64,000 nucleotides of DNA. It comes from Spirochaetaceae bacterium. GTDB taxonomy: Bacteria > Spirochaetota > Spirochaetia > DSM-2461. Positions within the stretch are counted from its first letter, which is position 1, and the number at the start of each line of letters is the position of its first letter. Positions 26,938-35,873 of the stretch are shown here, in pieces. The position numbers and the translations under genes are program-made. The notes under the pieces were generated by a model that had not been told where the DNA came from, searched no databases, and saw only the letters and a program-made list of their open reading frames with translations. The stretch spans positions 1-64,000 of the forward strand of contig OZ245056.1 in NCBI GenBank assembly GCA_965224705.1, written 5' to 3'.

Positions 26938-27849
26938 TCACCGCTCTACAGGGTATTTTTCATCATTGCTCCATTCTATCCAACTGCCGTCGTACAGAGC
27001 AACATTCTCAAAACCAGCTAATTTCAATGCCAGCCAGGTATGGGCACCCCGAACACCAGTCTGGCAGTGTGTTACAATGGTTTTATCAGGGGATGCTCCC
27101 CGAAAAGTATAGAATTCGGAAAGCTCCTCACTGCCCAGAAACTCGGGAATTGATCCGTCCGTATTATTCAAAACCCATTCAATTGACAGAGCACCGGGAA
27201 TGTGTCCTCCACGATTTGCTCGAACATCACTTCCCTCATACTCGCCACTGCTCCGGGTGTCTATAACAACATAGCCGGGAGTCTCAAGATTCTGAAGAAT
27301 TGTGTCACCGTCAACCAGAAGCTGTTCCTGGACATAGGGGATGAATGTACCCCTTACAGGTTTTGAAGGAATCTCAGTACTCAATTCATTCCCGGAATCC
27401 ACCCAGGCTGCATAGCCGCCATTCAGAACAGCCCAGTTCTCATGACCAAGATAGGCCAGGGTCCAGGCAACACGAGAGGCCCAGAGTCCGTTTCCTCCAT
27501 CATAGAGAATCACGGCGGTATCATTTGAAATGCCCAGTTCCTCCAGCCATTCAACCGTTGGTTCAACACCGGGAAACATACCCGGAATGCCGTTCACCGT
27601 CTGGTAATACTCCTTCTGGTCAGCATATAAAGCTCCCTTGATATGACCTGTATTGTATACCTCAATCTTACGGCCAATATCAAGAAATATCAGATTACCG
27701 GCATCCAGGTTTTCAGATACATAACTGACCTCAACCAGTCTGGATGGTAGAACAAGACTGTTCTTCACAGCATCCTGTGATGTACCCATAGCTGCTATCA
27801 ATACACCGACGGCAACAAATAAAGCAGCCGTTATCAACACACGTTTCAT
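26938..27849 (-). CDS. Tandem-domain rhodanese (sulfurtransferase) with N-terminal signal peptide
   Basis: GHIKGA, VLNGG, DTRS, GHIPGA, active loop HCQTGVR, YDGSWIEW; MKR plus hydrophobic N-terminus. Confidence 0.92.
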   Translation of the reverse strand: MKRVLITAALFVAVGVLIAAMGTSQDAVKNSLVLPSRLVEVSYVSENLDAGNLIFLDIGRKIEVYNTGHIKGALYADQKEYYQTVNGIPGMFPGVEPTVEWLEELGISNDTAVILYDGGNGLWASRVAWTLAYLGHENWAVLNGGYAAWVDSGNELSTEIPSKPVRGTFIPYVQEQLLVDGDTILQNLETPGYVVIDTRSSGEYEGSDVRANRGGHIPGALSIEWVLNNTDGSIPEFLGSEELSEFYTFRGASPDKTIVTHCQTGVRGAHTWLALKLAGFENVALYDGSWIEWSNDEKYPVER

Positions 27850-27850
27850 T

Positions 27851-28906
27851 TTATACTCCTTCAGGCATGACAGCCGAATTCATTTTTTCCTGCAATGATT
27901 GCTTCAAGGTTCTCTGCCGATTCCAGATCAAAGCCGTGGCACTCCAATTTCCAATCATTGTAAATACAGTGGCCACGGAACTTGACAGCGCCAGGGCCGA
28001 CAAACCGGTTATCCCATGACCGATGTTGCATCCTCCGGCCAGAGCAGCACCGGTCCCCATCACCAGACCTCCAGAAAACTGGATCAAAGCACGCCGGGGA
28101 TCAGGCAGACGCAGCCGTAAATCCCCGCCTTTCCATGACGCCAGTAATGCTCCTGGTGGAAGAGCGGCCAGCATCCAGGCCGACCAGTTGATCCCCCCCG
28201 CATCTCCAGTCACCAGCCAGGTTCCCCATGCCACAACAGGCTGTATAAAGGAGAGTCCATAATCACGTCCCTCCAACGATGAGAACACCCAGGCAGCCAG
28301 AGCAAGTACACCCACACATACTCCAGTTAAAGGCCACTTCCAACCCGTCGAAAATCGGTTTCCGGGGCTCCGTACAAGGATGTATGCTCCAATTGCCATT
28401 ATTACAGCAACAGCAATCCACCGGCCTGCCCATGGATTTCCCGGCAGGACATGGCCCAGGGAGGGAATGTCACCGGCTATGCTCCATTCAAACTTATTCA
28501 GATATCCACGCAATGGGGAGAGAGGCCCGGTACTCACCATTACTGCCCCGATTGAAAATCCCCCCAAAGCCAGGAAGGAACCCAGCATGCCTTTGGAAGT
28601 ACGATAGCAGGTTCCACTGACACACCCCCCGGCCCATACCATCCCTGCTCCAAACAATAGACCGCCGAGGATAAGCGTCCAGGGTGTAAAGGGGGCCTTC
28701 ATAGGATAGAGAATTCCCATGGAGTCCAGAGCTGTAACGGCTGGAATATTAATGAGAAGAACGAGGATCCATGCTCTCAGTATCGATCTATCTTCCCTGA
28801 AAGCAATACTGCGAAACGCTGTATTCATACAAAATCCACCACGCTGAAGAGTCCATCCCAGCAAGAATCCAGTAATAAGACCACTGCCAACACTCACTAT
28901 CTGCAT
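27851..28906 (-). CDS. YeeE/YedE (TsuA-type) thiosulfate transporter
   Basis: QRGGFC, AGGCVSG, AGGCNIGH conserved Cys motifs; about 9 TM segments. Confidence 0.92.
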   Translation of the reverse strand: MQIVSVGSGLITGFLLGWTLQRGGFCMNTAFRSIAFREDRSILRAWILVLLINIPAVTALDSMGILYPMKAPFTPWTLILGGLLFGAGMVWAGGCVSGTCYRTSKGMLGSFLALGGFSIGAVMVSTGPLSPLRGYLNKFEWSIAGDIPSLGHVLPGNPWAGRWIAVAVIMAIGAYILVRSPGNRFSTGWKWPLTGVCVGVLALAAWVFSSLEGRDYGLSFIQPVVAWGTWLVTGDAGGINWSAWMLAALPPGALLASWKGGDLRLRLPDPRRALIQFSGGLVMGTGAALAGGCNIGHGITGLSALALSSSVATVFTMIGNWSATALIWNRQRTLKQSLQEKMNSAVMPEGV

Positions 28907-28915
28907 CCAATCCTC

Positions 28916-29911
28916 CTAAAAACAGGCGAAGCCCTGACCGGACTTCAATTCAACAGCTTCGAAAGCAACCACTGATCCTTCGCCTGGAAGTTTTCCTGAC
29001 AGTGCAACTCGGTCAGAGTTCGACTCCAGCCGGTAGAGATTTTCTGCCGTGGCCAGCCAGACTCCGCCTGACCCATCAGGGACTGCTCCTCTGCCTCTTT
29101 CCGGCAGACTGTATTGGTTGCTCACCCTGTGCCGCCGCACATCCAGTTTCACCAGATTTCTCCCATCCTGTGCAAGGGCCCAGGCACTCCGGCCATCGGC
29201 ACTGAAACGGGGGATCTCAGCTTTTTTGATACTGATGGACTTCACAATCCGGGCCTTTGATTCATCGACAATTGTCCAACCCCTGCTGTCCGTTCCCCAG
29301 AGATAGCGACCACCGGGGGCCAGGCTCCAGAAAAGGATTCCAGAGGTTTTCGGTACATTTTTAAGCAAACTGCCATCTGATGTTAGAAAAAATTCCAGAT
29401 TTCCCATTCCCCCCCGGTACAGACGAGTCCCGCGACTGCTGACAGCCGGCACCACCTCATCGTAACGTTCATCCACAGAAACACCGGACAGGTTGAATGA
29501 CACGGGATCAGAGATTTCCCCTGCCTTGTGTGAAAAGGAGGTTATCCTGTTTGATGTGGAGCCGACGGCATACAAAACATCTCCCATTGGAGAGAAGACC
29601 AGTCCTGAAAACGGGTAATTCAGTGATAAATCCACCTCCTTCATCTGGTCAGGATTCTCGTAATCCACGGCATAGCCCCGGCCTGTAGAAGAATTCAGCA
29701 CAAAGACATACTTCCCCCCGGGAGTACCCAGAAGAAAATTGCTGTTCCGTGCATTTCTCTGACCAATTTCCCGGCCGTCAACCGCATTCAGTATGTGGAG
29801 GAACTCTCCGCGCAGAAGAAACAGGCGGCTTTCGGCAAAGACTCCATGAATGGAAAACAGAATGCAGAACACGAAAAACCAGACGACCCGGCCGACAGCT
29901 GAAGATTTCAT
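28916..29911 (-). CDS. Exported YVTN/YncE-like beta-propeller ending in GQGFACF
   Basis: Signal peptide; repeated blade motifs TPGGKYVFV, SPMGDVLYA, SSRGTRLY, APGGRYLW, SADGRSAW. Confidence 0.75.
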   Translation of the reverse strand: MKSSAVGRVVWFFVFCILFSIHGVFAESRLFLLRGEFLHILNAVDGREIGQRNARNSNFLLGTPGGKYVFVLNSSTGRGYAVDYENPDQMKEVDLSLNYPFSGLVFSPMGDVLYAVGSTSNRITSFSHKAGEISDPVSFNLSGVSVDERYDEVVPAVSSRGTRLYRGGMGNLEFFLTSDGSLLKNVPKTSGILFWSLAPGGRYLWGTDSRGWTIVDESKARIVKSISIKKAEIPRFSADGRSAWALAQDGRNLVKLDVRRHRVSNQYSLPERGRGAVPDGSGGVWLATAENLYRLESNSDRVALSGKLPGEGSVVAFEAVELKSGQGFACF

Positions 29912-30324
29912 TTTTTGATCACCGTTGGGTATGGTGAAACGACCTTGTCCCGATTGACTGTGAATCCCTTTAATTCGTCGTCGGGTACCGAGTAGATAAC
30001 ATGCACCATCTCGGTATCATTGGCCAGGCGAATATCTTCCAGAGACATGCGAGCCGGTGATTCCGGGTGACTGTGATACACTGCAACAAGGCTGAGACCG
30101 TCATTGCGGGCTGTTTTCATCGCTGTGAATTGTTCCTCTGGGTCCATTGTAAAATGTTCAGGAGATGCATCGGTATTGGTCAGAGGAAGAATCTTCACAG
30201 CCTTCCTGCTGCCATCATCCCCGATTTCACCTGCAAGATATCCACATGCTTCATTGGGCATCTCATTCCGTGCCTGCTGGCCTATGGCCTTGAGAATTTC
30301 TGGCGGTACATTGAGGTTTCTCAT
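29908..30324 (-). CDS. JAMM/MPN+ metalloprotease (Mec/HcyD-like)
   Basis: PNEACG and YHSHP...MSLED JAMM motif. Confidence 0.92.
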   Translation of the reverse strand: MRNLNVPPEILKAIGQQARNEMPNEACGYLAGEIGDDGSRKAVKILPLTNTDASPEHFTMDPEEQFTAMKTARNDGLSLVAVYHSHPESPARMSLEDIRLANDTEMVHVIYSVPDDELKGFTVNRDKVVSPYPTVIKK

Positions 30325-31148
30325 TGCCTTACTTCCCCTTCGGGAACTTTCAGTGTACAGACCTCCTGTTGATATTCCACCAGTTCATCGGGGAGTAAAC
30401 CGCCTTGAGTCATGGGCAGTGCCCACTGAGTTCTTTTAACCGGGACTGTCCGAAAATCCATGGTGAAAGCGTCAAAAGTAAGGATGCGGTCAGTGAGCAG
30501 TTCTCCTGTACCAATGAGGTACTTCAGAGCTTCGGCAGCCTGAATTGTTCCAAGAATGCCGGCAATCGCTCCCAGGACACCGGCCTCCGAGCAGGATGGA
30601 ACAGCATCAGGCGGCGGCGGCTGACGGTACACACAGCGGTAGGATGCAGAGCCGGGAACATGGGTGAGTGTTTGACCCCTGAAGCGAAGAATTCCGCCCT
30701 GGTTAAATGCCTTTCCTTCGAGAATACAGGCATCATTCACCAGGAACTTGGAAGGAAAATTATCTGTCCCCTCCAGTATGAAGTCGTAATCCCGAATCAA
30801 ATCCCGGACATTGGAGGCATCTATACGGCAGGGATAAGTTTTCACGCTGACATCAGGATTCAGGGATTCCAATGTTGCTCTGGCTGAGTCCACCTTTCGT
30901 CTGCCAACATCAGTTGTATGATGGAGAATTTGCCGCTGAAGATTGGACAGTTCAACGACATCGGCATCAACAATCCCAATAGTCCCGATGCCGGCAGCTG
31001 CCAGATAGGTTGCTATGGGAGAGCCCAGTCCTCCTGCTCCAATAACCAGGACCCGGCTGTCAAGGAGTTTTTTCTGTCCCACGCCTCCCACATCCTTGAG
31101 AAGTATGTGTCTGCTGTATCGTTCAATTTGTTCATTTGTAAAACTCAT
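30321..31148 (-). CDS. ThiF/MoeB-family adenylyltransferase (E1-like, HcyF-like)
   Basis: RYSRH, GAGGLG, SNLQRQ, DNF, PSCSEAGVLG. Confidence 0.93.
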   Translation of the reverse strand: MSFTNEQIERYSRHILLKDVGGVGQKKLLDSRVLVIGAGGLGSPIATYLAAAGIGTIGIVDADVVELSNLQRQILHHTTDVGRRKVDSARATLESLNPDVSVKTYPCRIDASNVRDLIRDYDFILEGTDNFPSKFLVNDACILEGKAFNQGGILRFRGQTLTHVPGSASYRCVYRQPPPPDAVPSCSEAGVLGAIAGILGTIQAAEALKYLIGTGELLTDRILTFDAFTMDFRTVPVKRTQWALPMTQGGLLPDELVEYQQEVCTLKVPEGEVRQ

Positions 31149-31174
31149 AGTTTTGTCTCCTGGAATTGATAGTT

Positions 31175-32410
31175 CTACTCAAGAGCCTGTTTGAAATCAT
31201 CAATTAGATCGGAAACGGCCTCCAAACCAACAGAAACTCGAATAAGATCATCCGATACTCCAGCCTCTTCCTGAGCCGCCTTTGTCTGTTCCCGGTGAAT
31301 TGTAGATTCGAGATGCAGGGCCAGTGTCCGGGAGTCTCCAAGATTGGTTTGAACTCTGACAAGCCTCAGCCGTCTGAGAGCATTGAAGGCTCTTTCGCGG
31401 CTTCCTGCCCGAAATGTCAACAGACCGCCCCAGAGTCCTCCAAAATACTTTGACGCACGCTCATGCCAGGGGGATGAAGTCAATCCAATCTGGGAGACTT
31501 CAGGAATATCCGGTCGATCTTCCAGATACCTTGCCAGGGCCAGGGCATTTGAGCTGTGACGATTCATGCGGAGTTCAAGGGTATCTGCTCCCAACAGGGC
31601 AATGTAGGCATCGAAGGGAGAAAGGGCTCCGCCAAGATTCTGCCGGGAAACTTTTTTCATATAGACCAGGAAGGCCATATCAGAGCCTGTCAGCTTTACC
31701 ATATTTCTGATGGCAGTACCGGGGAATTTCTTCCACTCATAAACTCCTGTATCGGTAACACAACCCGATAAAACAGTTCCGTTTCCTGTGAGAAATTTTG
31801 TTCCAGACTGAACCGTCAGGGATACTCCATGATTTCCGGCCTCCAGCATGACAGGAGTCACCAGAGTGGTGTCCAGTACCAGAGGAAGCTGGGCTTCTCT
31901 GGCCAGGGAAGCCCAGGCATCAATATCAGGGACATCCATTCGAGGATTCCCCAACGCTTCAAGAAACAGAAATCTAGTTTTTGATGACAGAGCTTCTTTG
32001 ACACCGGAAAAATCGTCAGGATCCACATAGTGAACAGCAACTCCAGAACGTACGACCGTGTTGTCGAAACAGGATCGAGTTCCTCCGAAAAGGCTTGTGG
32101 AGGCAATGATTTCCTCCCCTGATTCTACCAGAGCTGTAAAAAGTGCAGTGATTCCGGCCATACCGGTTGAATAGACAGCCGATCCCCTGGCCCCATCTTC
32201 CATGGCCGTCCATCGACGTTCCAGAGTCGTGATGGTCGGATTGGAAAGCCGACCGTAAACATGGCCAGCCGTCCGACCGGCAAAAATATCTTCCAATTCG
32301 TCCGGACCCTCAGAGGAAAATGCCGCAGACGCCATAATGGGCATAACGGATGCACCATTCCAATCCTTTGAGTTTAATCCGGCATGCAATGCACGTGTAG
32401 CGAATTCCAT
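31175..32410 (-). CDS. PLP-dependent O-acetylhomoserine sulfhydrylase-like enzyme (MetY family)
   Basis: YGRLSNPT, TGMAGI, LFGGT, QSGTKF (PLP Lys), NLGDSRTL, IRVSVGLE. Confidence 0.88.
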   Translation of the reverse strand: MEFATRALHAGLNSKDWNGASVMPIMASAAFSSEGPDELEDIFAGRTAGHVYGRLSNPTITTLERRWTAMEDGARGSAVYSTGMAGITALFTALVESGEEIIASTSLFGGTRSCFDNTVVRSGVAVHYVDPDDFSGVKEALSSKTRFLFLEALGNPRMDVPDIDAWASLAREAQLPLVLDTTLVTPVMLEAGNHGVSLTVQSGTKFLTGNGTVLSGCVTDTGVYEWKKFPGTAIRNMVKLTGSDMAFLVYMKKVSRQNLGGALSPFDAYIALLGADTLELRMNRHSSNALALARYLEDRPDIPEVSQIGLTSSPWHERASKYFGGLWGGLLTFRAGSRERAFNALRRLRLVRVQTNLGDSRTLALHLESTIHREQTKAAQEEAGVSDDLIRVSVGLEAVSDLIDDFKQALE

Positions 32411-32414
32411 GAAC

Positions 32415-32639
32415 TCATTCCATCCTCAAACCGTTCCCTCCACCCATAAAGTAGAGAAATTCCAAAACATCGCCTTCAGTTACATGGAGTTTGTCAAAGT
32501 CCGCCCTTTCCAGAATCTCTCCATTGTGCTGGACAGAAACCATATCGGGATCTGGAACCTCTTTCAGGGCCAGGAGTTCTTTGATGGTGAGTTTATCCAT
32601 GGCCAGTGACTCTCTGCTTCCATTGATTTCTATGGTCAT
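32415..32639 (-). CDS. ThiS-like sulfur carrier with C-terminal extension after the GG motif (HcyS-like)
   Basis: MTIEING, VQHNGEIL, EGDVLEFLYFMGGG then NGLRME; GGAGG SD before ATG 32639. Confidence 0.9.
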   Translation of the reverse strand: MTIEINGSRESLAMDKLTIKELLALKEVPDPDMVSVQHNGEILERADFDKLHVTEGDVLEFLYFMGGGNGLRME

Positions 32640-32677
32640 TGCATCCTCCATTACTCTCTTGTACTGCTTTTTCCTAA

Positions 32678-32709
32678 ACCATACTTAATAAACTGAATTA
32701 GTCAAGTAT
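32678..32709 (-). promoter_or_regulatory. Sulfur-operon promoter overlapped by an IscR/Rrf2-type operator
   Basis: TTGACT, 16 bp, TATGGT; ATACTTGACTAATTCAGTTTATTAA (32685-32709) matches 21/25 positions of the IscR type-1 consensus as I recall it. Confidence 0.6.
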
Positions 32710-32754
32710 TAAATCATTGAAGAAAGGATTTTTTTATAATGAGTCTGGAATCCA

Positions 32755-33041
32755 GGAGTCGGTCGAACTTTAAGGTGACAAAAACAAACGAGGCGGCTCG
32801 GAAGAAGCAAGCAGGAGGCCTGCTTCTGGAGGGAAGGGCAAAAACTGATCCGTGAGGCGTAAGTCCGACAGACTCCCAGGAGTCTGTCGGACTTTGAGAC
32901 TTCGAGGCGATTTTTGATGTTTTTTTTCCGATACAAGGCGGCAAAAGCGGAGCGTAGCTGGGCTACGTGAGCATTTTGGCAACGCCGTAGCGGGAAAAAA
33001 GGGCAAAAATCGAGCCGTGAGGCGTAAGTCCGACAGACTCC
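32755..33041 (-). repeat. Tandem pair of family-1 MITE units (122 bp + 163 bp)
   Basis: 32755-32876 is the inverse of 26436-26558; 32879-33041 is the inverse of 1-158; perfect 16-bp palindromic junction. Confidence 0.9.
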
Positions 33042-33158
33042 CAGGCTTATTATTGCGATATAAGATTTACTTCAGACTGGTTCCAGAGAAGCAGAAGTAT
33101 AAGGACTGCCGCATGCGGAATGGAGGCCTTTTTTACATCTTCTAATGCCGAGGACTAT

Positions 33159-35675
33159 TTAACTCCTGGCGGCGGCTGTTTCATTCGCAGTTTTCTTCGT
33201 TCTGCGTCTGTTTTTTCGGCGAAAGCGTATTTTCCCGGACTGGAGAAGCTCTACGGCAACTTTGTCCCTACTCTCAAAACGTCCCTGCAGAATAGCCATT
33301 GAGAGAGGATCCTCTATTTCCTTTTGAATAACCCGCCAGAGAGATCTGGCACCGTAAACCGCATCAAACCCCCTGTCCATCAGGAATTCTTTGACGGCTC
33401 TGTCAACTTCAACACAGATGTTTAGATCTTTCAATCTTCCGGATACTTCTGTCAGCATTAAATCCATAATCTGTATGACATGATTGTACTCAAGGCTGTG
33501 AAAAACAACGGTTTCATCAACTCGATTCAGGAATTCCGGTCTGAAAATACGTTTGAGTTCCATCATTGCTGAAGATTTTATCTCCGAGTGGGATATCGCT
33601 CCATCCCTGGTACTGAATCCAAAACTCCCACGGCTGAATTCCCTGGCACCAGCATTAGAGGTCATAATCAAAACAGCATTCTTGAATGACACCTTATGAC
33701 CAAAGCTGTCCTGCAATTCCCCTTCATCCAGAACCTGCAGGAGAATATTAAATATATCGGGGTGAGCTTTTTCAATTTCATCAAGAAGAATAACCGAATA
33801 GGGGCGCTTTCGTATTTTTTCTGTCAGCAATCCCCCTTCTTCATAGCCGACAAAACCCGGAGGAGCTCCAATCAGACGAGATAGATTATGTTTTTCCATG
33901 AAATCCGTCATATCAATCCGAATCAAAGAATCTGAATTTCCAAAGAGATATTCGGCGAGACTCTTTGCAAGCAGGCTCTTGCCCACACCGGTCGGGCCAA
34001 GGAAGATAAATGAACCAAGGGGACGGGATGGAGAATTCAGGCCTGTCCGGGACCTGCGTATCAATGATGAAACAGAAGCGATTGCCTCATCCTGGCCGAT
34101 AACTGTTTTATGGAGTTCATCTTCAATCTGGAGAAGTTTATCCGATTCATTTTTCATTATGCGAATCATGGGAATGCCAGTATTCTCTGAGACAAGTTCC
34201 TGAATGTCTTCTTTTGTAACTTGATTCTTTACCCTGTCAAGAGAACTCTCCCATTCGCGTTTAACAGCATCAATTCTCGACCTCATTTCCTGAACTTTGT
34301 CACGCATTCTTGCGGCACTTTCATAATCCTGTGCATCCACACATGAAACTTTTCTATCGCTGAGTTGTCGGCACTTCTCTTCCAGTTCTTTGATTTCCTC
34401 AGGAAAAATCTTGTTCTGAAGACTTTTTACAGCTCCAGCTTCATCGATTAGATCTATGGCTTTGTCAGGAAGATTTCTGTCCGCAACATAGCGGTCAGCG
34501 AGATCGGCCGCAGCCTGCAAAGCTTCATCGTTATAGCTTACCTTGTGAAAATCACCATACTCACGACTCAGGCCCTTCAATATCTGACAGGTCTCACTGA
34601 CTGTTGGCTCATTGATTATGACAGGCTGAAACCGCCGTTCCAGAGCACTGTCTTTCTCAATGTATTTCACATACTCATCAAATGTTGTGGCACCGATGCA
34701 CTGGAGTTCTCCCCGGCTCAAAGCTGGTTTCAACATATTGGAAGCATCAAGTGCTCCTTCCGCAGCACCAGCACCGATAATTGTGTGAAGTTCATCGATA
34801 AAAAGTATGATGTTACTCGCACTGCTGATTTCTTTAACAACTTTCTTAATTCGGCTTTCAAATGCACCCCTGTACTTTGTTCCGGCAATCAATGCAGCCA
34901 GATCGAGACTGATAATGCTCTTTTCAAGGAAGACATCCGGAACATTGCCCTTGACGATTTCCATGGCAAAGCCTTCCACTACAGCGGTCTTGCCCACTCC
35001 GGGATCACCAATTAGAACTGGATTGTTCTTTTTACGGCGAGCCAGTATGCGTATCAGTCTGTTGATTTCTCTCTCCCGGCCAATAGCCACACTCAATAAG
35101 CCTTTGCGGGCCATGTCCGTAAGATCCCTTGAGTAGTCGCCCAGAATTTCAAACTTCGGTTTATTCATTTTGGATATGTTGATTGTTGAAAAACCTGATT
35201 TCTCCACTGATATGGATATTTTCCTGGTCTGATTCCGTTCAAAATAGACTTCTCTCACGACTCTCCTCAGGTCATCAATTGAGATATTCTTTGATTCAAA
35301 GAATGAACACATGGGACTTCCCTTCTCAAGGACTGCAGCAAGTAATAAATGCTCCGTACCAATGTACTCATGACTGAGCCTGGCAGCCTCGTTCGCAGAG
35401 ACATTGAGAAGTGTTTCCACCCTGCTTGAAGGAGAAATCTTATTAACCTTGTATGGATTTTTAAGATGTGGAATGCCAATCATGAGATGTGGAGTAACAG
35501 CTTCAATGCCAATATTCAATCTGTCAAGGCATTTGACAGCTGCACTGTTTTTATCATTGAGCATGGCAAGAATAACATGCTCATTCTGGATCTGGTCTGA
35601 ATGAGATCTCCTTGCTTCTTCCATGGCAAAATCAGCCAGAATGCGTTTAGCTCGTGGGGTTAAATCCTTGATCAT
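33159..35675 (-). CDS. clpC: ATP-dependent Clp protease ATP-binding subunit ClpC
   Basis: Clp-N repeats; [17 protein letters not shown]-like [26 protein letters not shown]. Confidence 0.95.
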   Translation of the reverse strand: MIKDLTPRAKRILADFAMEEARRSHSDQIQNEHVILAMLNDKNSAAVKCLDRLNIGIEAVTPHLMIGIPHLKNPYKVNKISPSSRVETLLNVSANEAARLSHEYIGTEHLLLAAVLEKGSPMCSFFESKNISIDDLRRVVREVYFERNQTRKISISVEKSGFSTINISKMNKPKFEILGDYSRDLTDMARKGLLSVAIGREREINRLIRILARRKKNNPVLIGDPGVGKTAVVEGFAMEIVKGNVPDVFLEKSIISLDLAALIAGTKYRGAFESRIKKVVKEISSASNIILFIDELHTIIGAGAAEGALDASNMLKPALSRGELQCIGATTFDEYVKYIEKDSALERRFQPVIINEPTVSETCQILKGLSREYGDFHKVSYNDEALQAAADLADRYVADRNLPDKAIDLIDEAGAVKSLQNKIFPEEIKELEEKCRQLSDRKVSCVDAQDYESAARMRDKVQEMRSRIDAVKREWESSLDRVKNQVTKEDIQELVSENTGIPMIRIMKNESDKLLQIEDELHKTVIGQDEAIASVSSLIRRSRTGLNSPSRPLGSFIFLGPTGVGKSLLAKSLAEYLFGNSDSLIRIDMTDFMEKHNLSRLIGAPPGFVGYEEGGLLTEKIRKRPYSVILLDEIEKAHPDIFNILLQVLDEGELQDSFGHKVSFKNAVLIMTSNAGAREFSRGSFGFSTRDGAISHSEIKSSAMMELKRIFRPEFLNRVDETVVFHSLEYNHVIQIMDLMLTEVSGRLKDLNICVEVDRAVKEFLMDRGFDAVYGARSLWRVIQKEIEDPLSMAILQGRFESRDKVAVELLQSGKIRFRRKNRRRTKKTANETAAARS

Positions 35676-35702
35676 GTAAATCTCCTGCTCGTCAGTTAAC
35701 GA

Positions 35703-35815
35703 AGTGTCAGAAAGCTTGTTAAATTCTCTCTTTTTCTAACAATCGCAAGGTTTTAAGTCATCAAAACAGCTATATCAACGAAATGTTTTACTAATTTAAC
35801 AAGCTTTCTGACACT
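35703..35815. mobile_element. 113-bp MITE, family 2
   Basis: Perfect 23-bp TIRs AGTGTCAGAAAGCTTGTTAAATT / AATTTAACAAGCTTTCTGACACT. Confidence 0.88.
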
Positions 35816-35821
35816 CAGTAA

Positions 35822-35830
35822 ATTATACCA
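35822..35830 (-). promoter_or_regulatory. Extended -10 promoter facing clpC
   Basis: Minus strand TGGTATAAT, 6 nt from the MITE end. Confidence 0.55.
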
Positions 35831-35873
35831 TTCTGTCAGATAAATGCTACTGAAATCAGACAGAGAACTGGAA

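Noticed and set aside
29908..32639. E1/JAMM/ubiquitin-like genes as an anti-phage system (CBASS, Bil-type)
   Set aside because: No E2, cyclase or effector gene; neighbours are all sulfur-metabolism genes
32709..33006. Three short minus-strand ORFs
   Set aside because: They lie almost entirely within the family-1 repeats
35693..35825. 10-bp TSD around the clpC MITE (CAGTTAACGA / CAGTAAATTA)
   Set aside because: Only 7/10 identity and not reproduced at the other two family-2 elements
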